From Halioglobus sp. (GTDB lineage: Bacteria > Pseudomonadota > Gammaproteobacteria > Pseudomonadales > Halieaceae), in the NCBI GenBank assembly GCA_002699145.1, contig PABK01000036.1:13598-77597 (forward strand): 64,000 nt of DNA, given 5' to 3'. Below the pieces are notes generated by a model. That model saw only the letters and a list, made by a program, of their open reading frames with translations. It was not told where the DNA came from and searched no databases. Below are positions 52,304 through 63,777 of the stretch, piece by piece (the first letter of the stretch is position 1; every line of letters begins with the position of its first letter). The position numbers and the translations under genes were made by a program.

Positions 52304-53447
52304 CAACGTCCTCCATTGCGACCAGTTGCAGCAATTCATGCGCACAGCGCGCGGCGAAATCCGTCTCCAGGGCGTCACGCAGCTGTGTATAACCCGCCAG
52401 CATGGCGGCGTTGTCGTGTTTGAGCACCTGGCGCACCGCCGCGGCCAGCGCGTCGACGCTGGCGTCGTCCTGCAACAGTTCCGGCACCAGGCCCCTGCCG
52501 GCGAGAATATTCGGCAGGGCGACGTGCCGCGTGCGTACCAGTCGCGACAGCACGAACCAGGACAGCGCGCCCATACGGTAGGTCACGACCTGGGGGCGGC
52601 GCAACAGCGCGGCTTCCAGGGTGGCGGTGCCGGAGGCGGTGAGCACGGCGTCGGCGGCCGCCATGACCTCGCGCGAGCGGCCCGGCAATACGGTCAGCGG
52701 CAGGCCCGCCGCAGCCGCCAGCGACGGCTGCAGGGCCGCGCGGCAATCCTCCCCCGCCAGCGGCAGTGTGCAGTGCAGCCCGGGAACCTCCGCGGCCACG
52801 CGCCGCGCCGCCGCCAGCATGCGCGGCGCCAGTGCGCGCACCTCCCCCGGACGACTGCCGGGCAGCAGCGCCAGGTGCGTCCCCTGCGGCGGCAGCCCCA
52901 GGGCGCGGCGCGCCGCCAGCCGGTCCGGGTCCTGCGGCAACTCGCGCGCCAGCGGGTGGCCTACGAAGCGCGCGGTAATGCCGTGTGCGTCGTACAGCGC
53001 CGGCTCGAACGGGAACAGGCACAGCACCCGGTCCACCGCGCGGCCGATGCCGTGTACACGGCGCGCACGCCAGGCCCAGATCGACGGGCTGACCAGTTGC
53101 GCCGTGGGCACGCCGTGCAGGCGCAGGCGACGCGCCAGCGGCAGGTTGAAATCCGGCGAGTCCACACCCAGGAACAGGTCCGGTGGGCTGGCAAGGAAGT
53201 GGCGCCGCAAGCGCCGCCTGATACGCAGCAGTTCGGGCAGACGCGCCAGCGGTTCGGTCACGCCCATTACCGACAGGCGCTCCATGGGATAGAGGCTGCG
53301 CAGGCCCCGGGCCTGCATCTGCGCGCCGCCGATGCCCTCGGCCTGCAGTCCCGGCCAGCGGCGCGCCAGCGCGTCCATCACGGCCGCGGCCAGCGCATCG
53401 CCGGAGGCTTCGCCGGCGACCACGGCCAGGCGCAGCGGGCGTGCCAA
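52287..53447 (-). CDS. lpxB: Lipid-A-disaccharide synthase
   Basis: [46 protein letters not shown]. Confidence 0.97.
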   Translation of the reverse strand: MARPLRLAVVAGEASGDALAAAVMDALARRWPGLQAEGIGGAQMQARGLRSLYPMERLSVMGVTEPLARLPELLRIRRRLRRHFLASPPDLFLGVDSPDFNLPLARRLRLHGVPTAQLVSPSIWAWRARRVHGIGRAVDRVLCLFPFEPALYDAHGITARFVGHPLARELPQDPDRLAARRALGLPPQGTHLALLPGSRPGEVRALAPRMLAAARRVAAEVPGLHCTLPLAGEDCRAALQPSLAAAAGLPLTVLPGRSREVMAAADAVLTASGTATLEAALLRRPQVVTYRMGALSWFVLSRLVRTRHVALPNILAGRGLVPELLQDDASVDALAAAVRQVLKHDNAAMLAGYTQLRDALETDFAARCAHELLQLVAMEDVGAGPV

Positions 53448-53455
53448 GGCCCGGC

Positions 53456-54226
53456 TCAGCGCACGATACCGCGCTCGGAGGCCTTGATGGACTCGAGAAA
53501 CACGGTCAGTTCCGGGGTTTTCTCGAACATCGACTCCAGGCGCGTCAGGGCCAGGTCCAGGGTCAGCCCCTGGCGGTAGACAACGCGGAAGGCGCGGCGC
53601 AGTTCGCCGATGGCGTCGGCGGAGAAGCCGCGGCGGCGCAGACCCTCCATATTGATGGACTTGGCCTGGGCCGGGGCGCCGCTGACCGTGACGAAGGCCG
53701 GCACGTCCTTGCCGATAGCGCTGCCCATGCCGGAGAAACTGTGCGCGCCGATCTGGCAGAACTGGTGCACCAGCGTGTACCCGCTGAGAATCGCCCAGTC
53801 ACCCACTTTCACATGGCCGGCCAGGGCACAGTTGTTGACCAGCACAGTACGGTTGCCGATGACGCTGTCATGGCCCACATGCACGTAGGCCATCACCAGG
53901 TTGTGGTCGCCTATCGTGGTCTCGGCGCGGCCCTGCACCGTGCCGCGGTGAATGGTGACGTTTTCCCGGATGACGTTGTGATCGCCGATGACCAGCCGGG
54001 TGGGCTCGCCGCGGTACTTGAGATCCGGCGTGCTCTCGCCGATGGAGGAGAACTGGTAGATGTGGTTACCGGCGCCGATGCGGGTGGGACCGCGGATCAC
54101 CACGTGGGGTTCGATGATGCAGCCCGGCCCGATGTCCACATCGGCACCGATCATCGTCCACGGGCCGACCTGCACGTCATCTGCCAGCCTGGCGCCCGGG
54201 TCGACGATCGCCTGGCCGTGGATCAT
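53456..54226 (-). CDS. lpxA: UDP-N-acetylglucosamine acyltransferase
   Basis: Hexapeptide repeats, PDLKYRGE, TIHRGT, HVGHD, VHQFC. Confidence 0.97.
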   Translation of the reverse strand: MIHGQAIVDPGARLADDVQVGPWTMIGADVDIGPGCIIEPHVVIRGPTRIGAGNHIYQFSSIGESTPDLKYRGEPTRLVIGDHNVIRENVTIHRGTVQGRAETTIGDHNLVMAYVHVGHDSVIGNRTVLVNNCALAGHVKVGDWAILSGYTLVHQFCQIGAHSFSGMGSAIGKDVPAFVTVSGAPAQAKSINMEGLRRRGFSADAIGELRRAFRVVYRQGLTLDLALTRLESMFEKTPELTVFLESIKASERGIVR

Positions 54227-54657
54227 CAGCGATCCGCGCAGAGAATGCTGGCGCTGGCCGCCAGTTCGCCGTCGACATCAGCGCTGACATCGAATTTCCA
54301 GATTCCGCGACGGTTGGACAACACCTGCGCGCGCAGCATGACGCGGTCACCGGGAATACAGGGGCGCTTGTAGCGCACGTGGTCGGCGCCGGCGAGGTAG
54401 TAGCTGGAACCATCCTCCACGGTCTTGCCCTGGCTGTAGAATCCGAGAATACCGGCCGCCTGGGCCATCGCCTCCAGCAGCAACACCCCCGGAAAAATCG
54501 GCTGCTGCGGGAAGTGCCCGTTGAAAAACTCCTCGTTGGCGCTGAGGTTCTTGTAGGCGAGGATGGATTCGCCAGCCTCGATCTCGAGAACGCGGTCCAC
54601 CAGCAGGAAAGGGTAACGGTGTGGCAGGTAACGGTGAATTTCCGCGACGTCCATCAT
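54226..54657 (-). CDS. fabZ: 3-hydroxyacyl-ACP dehydratase
   Basis: [30 protein letters not shown]; ATG 54657 overlaps the lpxD stop. Confidence 0.97.
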   Translation of the reverse strand: MMDVAEIHRYLPHRYPFLLVDRVLEIEAGESILAYKNLSANEEFFNGHFPQQPIFPGVLLLEAMAQAAGILGFYSQGKTVEDGSSYYLAGADHVRYKRPCIPGDRVMLRAQVLSNRRGIWKFDVSADVDGELAASASILCADR

Positions 54658-55691
54658 GACTCCCCACTCCCCTCTTCTCGTGCCTGCGGCGGCTGCTCCA
54701 GCGCCGCCAGTCTGCGCTGCATGGACTCCAGTTGGGAAAAGCGCACCGCACTGCGCTTCCACTGTCGCGTCTCGGCCATGGGCGTACCCGAGGAATAGGA
54801 ACCCGGCCGGGTAATGGAGCGCGTCACCATGGTCATCCCGGTCACGTGGACATTATCACAGATTTCCACATGGCCAACGACACCGACGCCACCGGCGAGG
54901 GTGCAGTCCGCCCCGATGATGCTGCTGCCGGCGAGGCCGCAACAACCGGCAATGGCGCTGCGCGCGCCGATGCGGCAGTTGTGCCCCACCTGTACCTGGT
55001 TGTCGATGATCACACCGTCGCCGATACAGGTGTCCTCGAGGGTGCCGCGGTCCACGCTGGTACAGGCGCCGATCTCCACGCCGTCGCCGATGCGCACACC
55101 GCCGAGCTGGTGGATTTTTTCCCAGCCCGCAGGGCCGCGCGCAAAACCGAAGCCGTCCGCGCCGATGACCGCCTGGGCGTGAATGACGCAGTCCCGACCG
55201 ATGTGCACGTCGTGGTAGATCACCGCCCCGGGATAGACACGGGTAGCGCGGCCGAGACGGCTGTCACGACCGACGAAGACGTTCGCCCCGAGGACGACCG
55301 AGGCGCCGATCTCCGCGCCCGCCTCGACCACGGCGCCGGGCCCGATGCAGGCGCTGGCGTCCACCACGGCGCCCGGGTCGATGACCGCGCCGGGGGCAAT
55401 GCCGGCCGGGGGCGGCGCAGCGCCGCGAAACAGTTGTGAGGCCCTGGCAAAGGCCAGGTAGGGATCGTCGGCGAGCAGGCAATCCCCGTGGCGGGCGACG
55501 GCGTGCTCCGGGGTCAGGATGACCGCCCCGGCGCGGGTATCGCGCAGTTGCGCCAGGTGGCGTTCGCCGTGCAGAAAGCTCAGTTGATCGGGCGCGGCGC
55601 TGTGCAGGGGCGCCAGGCCGCGCAGGGGCCGTTGTCCATCACCGGTGTAGGCCAGGCCAAGGCGCCCGGCCAGTTCACCCAGTGTGAACAC
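54654..55691 (-). CDS. lpxD: UDP-3-O-acylglucosamine N-acyltransferase
   Basis: DPYLAFA, hexapeptide repeats, GADGFGF, DRGTLEDT, DNQVQVGHNC. Confidence 0.97.
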   Translation of the reverse strand: MFTLGELAGRLGLAYTGDGQRPLRGLAPLHSAAPDQLSFLHGERHLAQLRDTRAGAVILTPEHAVARHGDCLLADDPYLAFARASQLFRGAAPPPAGIAPGAVIDPGAVVDASACIGPGAVVEAGAEIGASVVLGANVFVGRDSRLGRATRVYPGAVIYHDVHIGRDCVIHAQAVIGADGFGFARGPAGWEKIHQLGGVRIGDGVEIGACTSVDRGTLEDTCIGDGVIIDNQVQVGHNCRIGARSAIAGCCGLAGSSIIGADCTLAGGVGVVGHVEICDNVHVTGMTMVTRSITRPGSYSSGTPMAETRQWKRSAVRFSQLESMQRRLAALEQPPQAREEGSGES

Positions 55692-55697
55692 GGCGGT

Positions 55698-56216
55698 TCA
55701 CTCCGCCGCGGTCTGGTTCAGCTTGTCAGTAACCTTGGCGGTAATGCTGTAGCCGGCGTCCGCGTGTATCACGGACTGCCGTTGCAACAGCAGCCCGATG
55801 CCGTCCTGGGCGATGATTTCCTTGAGCACCGTCTGTACCCGCGGCGCCATCTCCTGCAACAGGGCCTGGCCCGCCGACTGCTCCGCCTGTTGCAGCTTGC
55901 CGGTGACATGCTCGAGATCGGCCTGTTTGCTGGCGAGTTTCTGCCGCGCCGCCACCTGCTGTTCCTGGCTCATCACCGCCGCGTCTTTCTGGAACTTGCG
56001 CATCAGTTCCTCGAACTCGGTCTTCAGCCGGTCGAACTCGGCCTTGTCCGACTTGTAGTCTTCCTGCCCCCTGACCTCACCCAGCCGCTTTTGCGCCAGG
56101 TCGGTTTGCAGGATGGCCTCCTGCAGGTCGACGACAGCGATCTTGCCCTGGGCCCAGCCCAGCGCCGGCGCGCTGAACGCTACGATGAACAGGGCCAGTT
56201 TTACGAATCTAGACAC
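55698..56216 (-). CDS. skp: Periplasmic chaperone Skp/OmpH
   Basis: Signal peptide, KIAVVD, long helical body; bamA-skp-lpxD synteny; GTG 56216 after GGAG. Confidence 0.93.
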   Translation of the reverse strand: MSRFVKLALFIVAFSAPALGWAQGKIAVVDLQEAILQTDLAQKRLGEVRGQEDYKSDKAEFDRLKTEFEELMRKFQKDAAVMSQEQQVAARQKLASKQADLEHVTGKLQQAEQSAGQALLQEMAPRVQTVLKEIIAQDGIGLLLQRQSVIHADAGYSITAKVTDKLNQTAAE

Positions 56217-56243
56217 AGTTATCTCCACTCTTGGATAGTCAGA

Positions 56244-58853
56244 CTAAAAACCCCGGCCCAAAGTAAACTGGAACACCTCTTCCTCGTCAAACTCGCCGGA
56301 ATTCAGCGGCTTGGCGAGGCTGAAGGTCATGGGTCCGAAGCCGGTATACCAGGTGACGCCCACGCCCACTGAGTAACGCAGCTCGTCCAGGTCGATATCG
56401 AAACAGTTTTGCTGCGAGGCGCGGCAGTTGTCGTCGAAGACGTTGCCCCAGTCGAAGAAGAACGCGGAGCGCAACTGGCTGCTGTCCTTGACGAACGGCA
56501 GCGGGAAGATCAGCTCGGCGCCGCCCTCGACCAGGATGTTGCCGCCGAAGGGGTCGGGGTTGTCGCGCACGTCGTCGACGATCAGCTTGCCGTCGCTGGC
56601 GACATAGCCGAAACCATCGCCGTCGTCGCCACCGACCTGCGTCGGGTTGCCGTCCTCGTCGATTGCGGTAACGGGCGCGTCGACGCGGTATTCGTCCGCC
56701 GGCGTACTGCGCGGCCCCAGCGTATTGCTCTCGTAACCGCGCACGGAGCCAAAGCCGCCGGCGAAGAAATGCTCGTAGAACGGCAGTTCGGTGGTGTCGC
56801 CGTAGCCGTCGCCATAACCCAGTTCCGTGCGCAGGCGCAGGGTCCAGGACTCGATCAGTGGCACCGGGTAGTAGATCTCGCCGCGGTAGGTGAGTTTGAA
56901 GAACTCCAGGTCCGAGCTGGGCACCGCGACCTCCAGCGCCACCGACTGGGCGGCGCCGCGCGTCGCCAGGCGGCCGCGGTTCAGGGTGGACTGTGTCCAG
57001 CTCGTGGTTATGGTCCAATTGAGGAATTCGTCGCCGTTCTCGTCCAGGAAACCTGTCTGGTCGGAGGGGCTGAGGTAGTCATCCGGCAGGTCATCGACAT
57101 CGACCAGCACTTCGGGCGCGCTGTAGAGACCGGTCAGGTTGCCATCGTCGTCGAACAGCGCGGTACTGTCATAGTAGAAGTCCACCCCGTCGAGCAGGCG
57201 CGGGCTGGCCTTGATCTCCTGCACCGCGAACCGCCCGGTGTTGATCTTGGTGTTGGACACGCCGAAGCTGAAACCGAGTCGCTCGGTCTCCTTGATCGGG
57301 TAGCCGAAGTTGATCGCGCCGCCGAGGGTGTCGGTGGAGTAACTGGCGACGTTGACCTCGTCCAGGTCCGTGGCGCGGTAGAAGATATTGAAGCCGCGGC
57401 TGACACCGTCCTCGGTGTAGTAAGGGTTGGTGTAGCTGAAGTTGTACACGTCCTGGTAGCGCGAGGAATTGAGGCCGATGCCGACGCGCTTGCCGCTGCC
57501 GAGGAAGTTGTCCTGCTGCAGGTTCACACCGAGGATGAGACCGGCGTCCTGGGCAAAGCCGAAGCTGGCGCCGATGCTGCCCGAGGACTGCTCCTCGACG
57601 GTGTACTCCACGTCGATCAGGTCGTCGTGCCCGGGCACCTCCGGCGTCTCGACCGTCGCCCTGCTGAAGAACCCGAGACGCTCCAGGCGCACGCGCGACT
57701 GCTCGATCGCCGCCGCCGAGGCCGGCGCGCTCTCCATCTGGCGCATCTCCCGGCGCAGTACGTCATCGACGGTCTTCAGGTTGCCCTTGAAGTTGATGCG
57801 CCGCACGTAGGTGCGCTTGCCCGGGTCGACGAAGAACTTCAGCGACACCGTCTTGTCTTCCTCGCTGATCTCCGGGATGCCGGTGACCTTGGCGAAGTTG
57901 TAGCCCTCGTTGCCCAGGCGCCGGGTCAGGTACTCCTCGGTGGAGGTGACCATGCGCTGGGAAAAGGTCTGGCCCTCGGAAACCAGCAGGAAGCGCTGCA
58001 GGTCGGACTCCGGCAACACCAGGTCGCCGGACAGTCCCACCGTGCTCACGGTGTACTTCTCACCCTCGCTGACGTTGGCGGTGATGTACACGGCCTCCTT
58101 GTTCGGCGACACGGAGACCTGGGTGGAATCGATACGGAACTGCAGGTAACCGCGGTCCATGTAGTAGGAGCTCAACGTCTCCAGGTCGCCGGTGAGTTTC
58201 TCCCGCGAATACTTGTCATCGCTGGTGAAGAACGAGAACCAGCCCGTTGTCTGCAACTCGAACAGGTCGGTCAGGTCCTCGTCATCGAACACCCGGTTGC
58301 CGACGATGTTGATGTGCTTGATCGACGCCACGGTGCCCTCGTCCACGTCGATATTCACCGACACGCGGTTGCGCGGCTCGGGAATCACCTCGGTTTCGAT
58401 GTTGGCGTCGTAGCGGCCCTGCTGCACGTACTGGCGCTGCAGTTCGAGTTGCATGCCTTCCAGCGTGGAGCGCTGGAACACCTGGCCCACGGCCAGCCCC
58501 GCGCCCTTCAGGCCGTCCAGCAGCGCCTCGGTCTCGATGGCCTTGTTGCCCTCGATATTGATCTCGCTGATGCTCGGGCGCTCGGTGACGATGACCACCA
58601 GCACGTTGCCGTCGCGGCCGATACGGAGGTCATCGAAATTGCCGGTAGCGAACAGGCTGCGCGCGGCCTCGCGCACCACCCGGCCGTCGACGATGTCGCC
58701 CACGCCCACCGGCAGGGCGGTGAAGACGCTGCCGGCGGAGATACGCTGCAGTCCCTCGACCCGAATATCGGAAATGATAAACGATTGGGCCAGGGCCCCC
58801 GGGGCAAGTAGCAGCAGCACCAGGGCCAGCCATTTGGGCATGTGTTTAATCAA
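56244..58853 (-). CDS. bamA: Outer-membrane protein assembly factor BamA
   Basis: IRVEGLQRIS, five POTRA domains, VRGY motif, C-terminal FQFTLGRGF; alternative start ATG 58841. Confidence 0.98.
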   Translation of the reverse strand: MIKHMPKWLALVLLLLAPGALAQSFIISDIRVEGLQRISAGSVFTALPVGVGDIVDGRVVREAARSLFATGNFDDLRIGRDGNVLVVIVTERPSISEINIEGNKAIETEALLDGLKGAGLAVGQVFQRSTLEGMQLELQRQYVQQGRYDANIETEVIPEPRNRVSVNIDVDEGTVASIKHINIVGNRVFDDEDLTDLFELQTTGWFSFFTSDDKYSREKLTGDLETLSSYYMDRGYLQFRIDSTQVSVSPNKEAVYITANVSEGEKYTVSTVGLSGDLVLPESDLQRFLLVSEGQTFSQRMVTSTEEYLTRRLGNEGYNFAKVTGIPEISEEDKTVSLKFFVDPGKRTYVRRINFKGNLKTVDDVLRREMRQMESAPASAAAIEQSRVRLERLGFFSRATVETPEVPGHDDLIDVEYTVEEQSSGSIGASFGFAQDAGLILGVNLQQDNFLGSGKRVGIGLNSSRYQDVYNFSYTNPYYTEDGVSRGFNIFYRATDLDEVNVASYSTDTLGGAINFGYPIKETERLGFSFGVSNTKINTGRFAVQEIKASPRLLDGVDFYYDSTALFDDDGNLTGLYSAPEVLVDVDDLPDDYLSPSDQTGFLDENGDEFLNWTITTSWTQSTLNRGRLATRGAAQSVALEVAVPSSDLEFFKLTYRGEIYYPVPLIESWTLRLRTELGYGDGYGDTTELPFYEHFFAGGFGSVRGYESNTLGPRSTPADEYRVDAPVTAIDEDGNPTQVGGDDGDGFGYVASDGKLIVDDVRDNPDPFGGNILVEGGAELIFPLPFVKDSSQLRSAFFFDWGNVFDDNCRASQQNCFDIDLDELRYSVGVGVTWYTGFGPMTFSLAKPLNSGEFDEEEVFQFTLGRGF

Positions 58854-59017
58854 GTCACTGGTCCGCCTGCGGAGGGCGGGGTCTCTCCATTGTCAGATTA
58901 TTGTCCGCCGCCAGGGCCGCGGCGGGCCCACGCACGGTAGCGGACCACGCGTCCCCCGTCCAGCGCCTGCGCAGGCCGTCGACGTCTTGCACTGTCGCGG
59001 GGGCGTCGCCATCCGGT

Positions 59018-60373
59018 CTACAGACGCAGGATGTCGTTGTACAGGGCCAGCAGCATGATACCCAGCACCATGACCAGGCCCAGCTGGTAGCCGAGGGCCT
59101 GTATTTTCTCAGGTACCGGGCGTCCCGCCAATAGCTCTATCGTATAAAACAGCAGGTGCCCGCCATCCAGCACCGGGATCGGCAGCAGGTTGAGCACGCC
59201 GAGGCTGACGCTGAGCAGGGCCAGGAAGCTGATATAGGATTCCAGCCCGGACTTGGCCGACGCCGTGGCCACCTTGGCGATGGTGATGGGGCCGCCCAGG
59301 TTTTTCGGCGAGATCAGGCCGGTGATCATTTTCTGGATGGATTTCAGCGTGAACAGGGTCAGCTCGCCGGTGCGGTTCACTGCCGCGCCCAGGGCCTCCA
59401 CTGGCCCGCGCTGAAAGCGGCGCACCAGCTCCGGCGGCATCTCCGGCACCTGCACCGCGACGCCGACCCGGCCGAAAACCTCGCCGTCATCACCCTGCAC
59501 ACGCTCGGGCACAACCTGCGCGCGCAGGCGCTCGCCGCCGCGCTCCAACAGCAGGTCGATGCGTTCACCGGGACGGGAACGGACGTGGTCCACCCAGTCC
59601 ATCCAGCGAGCCATGTCGACGCCATCCGCCTGCAGGACCCGGTCGCCCTGCTGCAGCCCCGCGGCCGCCGCCGGGCTGTCGGCAACCACCTCGCCCACCA
59701 CCGGCGGCACTTCCGGTGTGTACAGCGTGATTCCCAGCCCGCCATACAGGTCCGGCTGCTCCTGTTCCGAGAGCCAGCGCTCGATCACCGCGTCTCCCTC
59801 GTACACGGCGCCGGAGCGGGGGTCGCGCGCCGCGATGCGGATCGTGCCAGTGTCGCCGATGCGCTCCAGCAGACGGAAATTCAGGGCCTGCCAGGTCGGG
59901 GTCTCACGACCGTCCACGGCGACGATTTCCCGGCCCGGCTGCAGCCCCGCCGCGGCTGCCGCGGAGCCGGGCTCCACCGCCTCGACCAGCGGCACATAGC
60001 CGGATTCGCCCGCCAGGTACAGGCCCCAGAAAGCCACGACCGCCAGGCCGAGGTTGGCCAGGGGACCGGCGCTGACCACCGCGATGCGCTGTAGCGCCGG
60101 CTTGCGGTTGAAGGCCTGGTGCGCGCGTTCCGGCGGCACATCGCCGTCCTGTTCCCCGAGCATCTTGACGTAACCGCCCAGGGGTATGGCGGCGATGCTG
60201 TACTCGGTCCCCTGGCGGTCCTTCCAGCGCAGCAGGGAGGTGCCGAAACCGATGGAGAAGCGGATGACATGCACGCCGCAGCGCCGCGCCACCCAGAAGT
60301 GCCCGTACTCGTGTATGGCCACCAGCAGCGCCAGCGTGGCCAGGAAAAGCAGGATTGTGTACAGCAGGTCCAT
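59018..60373 (-). CDS. rseP: RIP metalloprotease RseP
   Basis: HEYGH, PLGGYVKM, two PDZ domains, NLLPIPVLDGGH; start ATG 60373. Confidence 0.97.
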   Translation of the reverse strand: MDLLYTILLFLATLALLVAIHEYGHFWVARRCGVHVIRFSIGFGTSLLRWKDRQGTEYSIAAIPLGGYVKMLGEQDGDVPPERAHQAFNRKPALQRIAVVSAGPLANLGLAVVAFWGLYLAGESGYVPLVEAVEPGSAAAAAGLQPGREIVAVDGRETPTWQALNFRLLERIGDTGTIRIAARDPRSGAVYEGDAVIERWLSEQEQPDLYGGLGITLYTPEVPPVVGEVVADSPAAAAGLQQGDRVLQADGVDMARWMDWVDHVRSRPGERIDLLLERGGERLRAQVVPERVQGDDGEVFGRVGVAVQVPEMPPELVRRFQRGPVEALGAAVNRTGELTLFTLKSIQKMITGLISPKNLGGPITIAKVATASAKSGLESYISFLALLSVSLGVLNLLPIPVLDGGHLLFYTIELLAGRPVPEKIQALGYQLGLVMVLGIMLLALYNDILRL

Positions 60374-60389
60374 ATCCAGGGTTCCGCCC

Positions 60390-61586
60390 TCAGCCGCGCA
60401 GGTCCGCCAGCAGGCTGCCAGCGATCTCGCGAGCGCCCAGATCTGCAGCTTCGACCACTGCCAGGTCGGTCGGTTCAACCGGGCTCACACGTTCCATTGT
60501 ACCCTCGATGAGCCGCGGAATATCGGTAAAGCGGATGGCGCCGTCCAGGAACGCGGCCACGGCGACCTCGTTGGCGGCGTTGCACACCGCCATGGCCGTG
60601 CCCCCCGCCGCCACCGCCTCGCGCGCCAGGCGCAGGCAGGGAAACCGCGCCTCGTCGGGCGCCTCGAAATCCAGCCGCGCCGCGGCCACCAGGTCCAGCG
60701 GCTCGACGCCGGCATCGAGCCGCTCGGGCCAGCCCAGGCCGTAGGCGATAGGGGTGCGCATATCGGGATTTCCCAGCTGCGCCAGGACCGAGCCGTCAAG
60801 GTACTGCACCATGGAGTGGACGATGCTCTGCGGGTGCACCACGACCTCCACCTGCCGCGGCTGCAGGTCGAAGATCCAGCAGGCCTCGATGAACTCCAGT
60901 CCCTTGTTCATCAGGCTGGCCGAGTCGACGGAAATCTTGCGGCCCATGTCCCAGTTCGGGTGCGCGCAGGCCTGCTCCGGCGTGGCGTCGCGCATGCGCT
61001 CGAAACTCCACTGCCTGAACGGGCCGCCGGAGGCGGTGAGCAGCACCCGGCTGACCCCGCGCAGCGATGGCGTGCCGTCCGGCGCCACCGGCATGCACTG
61101 GAAAATGGCATTGTGCTCGCTGTCGATGGGCAGCAGCACCGCGCCGCACTCGCGCACCGCCGCCATCAGCAGGTGCCCGCCCATGACCAGCGATTCCTTG
61201 TTCGCCAGCAACACGGTTTTGCCGGCGCGCGCCGCCGCCAGGGTCGAGGGCAGTCCGGCAGCGCCGACGATAGACGCCATCACCGCGTCCACCGCCTGCG
61301 CCGAGGCCACCTGGCAGAGGGCCTGCTCACCCTGCAACACCTCGGTGGGGCAGTCCCCGGGAAGGCGTTGCGCCAGCTGATCGGCGGCGCGCTCCCCGGT
61401 CAACACGGCGAAACGCGGGCGAAACTCCAGGCACTGCTCGAGCAGGGTGTCGACGGAGTCCCGGGCGGTCAGCGCGTAGACGGCGTAGCGGTCCGCGTGT
61501 CGGCGCAGCACGTCCAGCGTGTTGACACCGATAGAGCCGGTGGAGCCGAGCACGCTGACCTGGCGGCGTTGGTCGGGCACGCTCAC
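60390..61586 (-). CDS. dxr: 1-deoxy-D-xylulose-5-phosphate reductoisomerase
   Basis: [52 protein letters not shown]. Confidence 0.98.
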   Translation of the reverse strand: MSVPDQRRQVSVLGSTGSIGVNTLDVLRRHADRYAVYALTARDSVDTLLEQCLEFRPRFAVLTGERAADQLAQRLPGDCPTEVLQGEQALCQVASAQAVDAVMASIVGAAGLPSTLAAARAGKTVLLANKESLVMGGHLLMAAVRECGAVLLPIDSEHNAIFQCMPVAPDGTPSLRGVSRVLLTASGGPFRQWSFERMRDATPEQACAHPNWDMGRKISVDSASLMNKGLEFIEACWIFDLQPRQVEVVVHPQSIVHSMVQYLDGSVLAQLGNPDMRTPIAYGLGWPERLDAGVEPLDLVAAARLDFEAPDEARFPCLRLAREAVAAGGTAMAVCNAANEVAVAAFLDGAIRFTDIPRLIEGTMERVSPVEPTDLAVVEAADLGAREIAGSLLADLRG

Positions 61587-62419
61587 CAGCCCGCCAGCAG
61601 CAAACCCAGGGCGAACACCGGGGCGGCGCCGCACAGGCTGTCCAGCCGGTCCAGCACGCCGCCGTGTCCGGGCAGCAGCGTGCCGCTGTCCTTCACCCCG
61701 CTCTCGCGCTTGACCATGCTCACCGTAAGGTCACCCAGCACCGAGGCCAGGGCGGTACTGATGGTCACGGCCGCCACCGAGGGCAGGCCGACATGGGACA
61801 CCTGGTCCGGCAACAGGTAGTGCAGCAGGACCGCCAGCGCGGCACAGGCGGCGATACCGCCCCAGAATCCCTCCCAGGTTTTTTTCGGGCTCACCGCCGC
61901 GGCCAGCTGGTGCCGCCCGAACGTGACGCCGGCAAAATAGGCGCCGATGTCCGCGGCCGCCACCACCAGCACCATGACCACCAGCAGGATGCCGCCGCGG
62001 GGAAAGCTCAGCAGGTACACCGCGGCGAGCCAGGCCGGGGCGAGTACCAGCAGGCCCATCAGGCTGCGCATGGGCACGCCGCGCCACATCAGCGCACTGC
62101 CCGGGTAGCTCTTCACCCACAACAGGGCGAAACACCACCACAGGCAGGCCAGGCCGAGAAACGGCTGCACCCATTCGCGTTGCGGCGCGTCCCACAGGCG
62201 GCAGTACAGGTACAGCGCGCCCAGCGCGGCGACAATCACCGCGACGTAGAGCGCGCGCGCAGGCACGGCGTTGAAGCCCGCCAGGCGCGACCACTCCCAG
62301 GCGCCGAGCGCGATCAGCAGCGCAAACAGCAGCGCCAGCAGCGGCAGCGACAACAGGGCCAGGGCGGCGAGAAACAGGCCCGCCATGACCAGGGCCGTGA
62401 TCACGCGCTGCCTAAGCAT
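61583..62419 (-). CDS. cdsA: Phosphatidate cytidylyltransferase
   Basis: [58 protein letters not shown]. Confidence 0.97.
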   Translation of the reverse strand: MLRQRVITALVMAGLFLAALALLSLPLLALLFALLIALGAWEWSRLAGFNAVPARALYVAVIVAALGALYLYCRLWDAPQREWVQPFLGLACLWWCFALLWVKSYPGSALMWRGVPMRSLMGLLVLAPAWLAAVYLLSFPRGGILLVVMVLVVAAADIGAYFAGVTFGRHQLAAAVSPKKTWEGFWGGIAACAALAVLLHYLLPDQVSHVGLPSVAAVTISTALASVLGDLTVSMVKRESGVKDSGTLLPGHGGVLDRLDSLCGAAPVFALGLLLAGW

Positions 62420-63188
62420 TCGGTTCCCCGGCGGCGACCAGCCCGTCCGGCTCACGCAGGCCGAAGCGCCGCTCGCGCTGGCTGTAATCGTCCAGCGCCC
62501 TGGCGAATTCCAGCTCGCCGAAATCGGGCCACAGGGTCTCGGTGAAATACAGTTCGCTGTAGGCAAAGTGCCACAGCATGAAATTGCTGATGCGCGCATC
62601 GCCGCCGGTGCGGATACACAGGTCGGGGCGCGGCAGGTCACTGATGGAAACGTTCTGGTCGATGAGTTGCGCGTCGATGTCCGCGGGCTGCAGGCGCCCC
62701 GCCTGGACCTCGCCGGCAAGTTTGCGCGCCGCCTGGGCGATATCCCACTGACCGCCGTAATCGACGGCGATCACCACCGTGGCCTGCGTGTTATTGCGCG
62801 TGAGATGCTCGGACTGGCGCATCAGGCGCTGCAGGCGGTCGCTGAAGTGGCCGCGTTCGCCGATGAAGCGCAGGCGGATACCGTCCTTGTGCAGTTCCCT
62901 GACCTCGTTGCGCAGGTAGCGCGAGAGCAGCGCCAGCAGGGCGCGCACTTCCGGCAGCGGCCTGCCCCAGTTTTCACTGCTGAAGGCGAACAGCGTCAGC
63001 ACCTCGACGCCGTGGTCCCGGCAGGCGCGCAGCACGCCGCGCACGGCCTCGACACCGGCGCGGTGCCCCGCCGGGCCGGGTACGCCATTGCGCCTGGCCC
63101 AGCGATTATTGCCATCCATGATGATGGCGACATGCCGGGGCACTACTTTATCCACTTTATTCTCCACGCCCGGGGAACGGCCTGACAT
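62412..63188 (-). CDS. uppS: Polyprenyl (undecaprenyl) diphosphate synthase
   Basis: PRHVAIIMDGNNRWA, FAFSSENW, IRTGGDARISNFMLW, RERRFG. Confidence 0.97.
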   Translation of the reverse strand: MSGRSPGVENKVDKVVPRHVAIIMDGNNRWARRNGVPGPAGHRAGVEAVRGVLRACRDHGVEVLTLFAFSSENWGRPLPEVRALLALLSRYLRNEVRELHKDGIRLRFIGERGHFSDRLQRLMRQSEHLTRNNTQATVVIAVDYGGQWDIAQAARKLAGEVQAGRLQPADIDAQLIDQNVSISDLPRPDLCIRTGGDARISNFMLWHFAYSELYFTETLWPDFGELEFARALDDYSQRERRFGLREPDGLVAAGEPNA

Positions 63189-63195
63189 GGATGTG

Positions 63196-63753
63196 TCAGA
63201 TTTCCATGAGGTCGGCTTCTTTTTCCGCCAGCAGCTTTTCTACCCTGGCGACATAGCCGTCGGTAAGCTTCTGTACTTCTTCCTGCCCCCGACGCTCGTC
63301 GTCCTCACTGATTTCCTTTTCCTTGACCAGTTCCTTGAGCATTGCCATGGCGTCGCGTCGCGCGTTGCGCACGGAGACACGGGCCGACTCCGCCTCGGTG
63401 CGAGCCTGGCGCGAGAAGCCGCGGCGCGTCTCCTCGGTCAGCATGGGCATGGGTATGCGAATCACCTCGCCTGCAGTGGCGGGATTGAGCCCGAGGTCGG
63501 ACTTGAGAATGGCTTTTTCCACCTGCGGAATCATCGACTTGTCCCACACCGTCAACGACAGCGTGCGGGCATCCTCGACATTGATATTGGCCACCTGGTT
63601 GAGCGGCGTGTCGGCACCGTAGTACTCCACCTTGAGCCCGTCGAGCAGGCTCGGGTGTGCGCGCCCGGTGCGAATCTTGTTGAAATTGTGCGCCAGGGCT
63701 TCCAGGCTTTTTTCCATGCGCTGGACGGCCTCGGCTTTTACGTCATCTATCAT
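63196..63753 (-). CDS. frr: Ribosome recycling factor
   Basis: [35 protein letters not shown]. Confidence 0.98.
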   Translation of the reverse strand: MIDDVKAEAVQRMEKSLEALAHNFNKIRTGRAHPSLLDGLKVEYYGADTPLNQVANINVEDARTLSLTVWDKSMIPQVEKAILKSDLGLNPATAGEVIRIPMPMLTEETRRGFSRQARTEAESARVSVRNARRDAMAMLKELVKEKEISEDDERRGQEEVQKLTDGYVARVEKLLAEKEADLMEI

Positions 63754-63777
63754 CTGGTTCCTCCCACGCCGCGCGGG

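Noticed and set aside
58854-59017. SigmaE promoter for bamA (TCTGA on the minus strand)
   Set aside because: No GAACTT-like -35 at the required distance.
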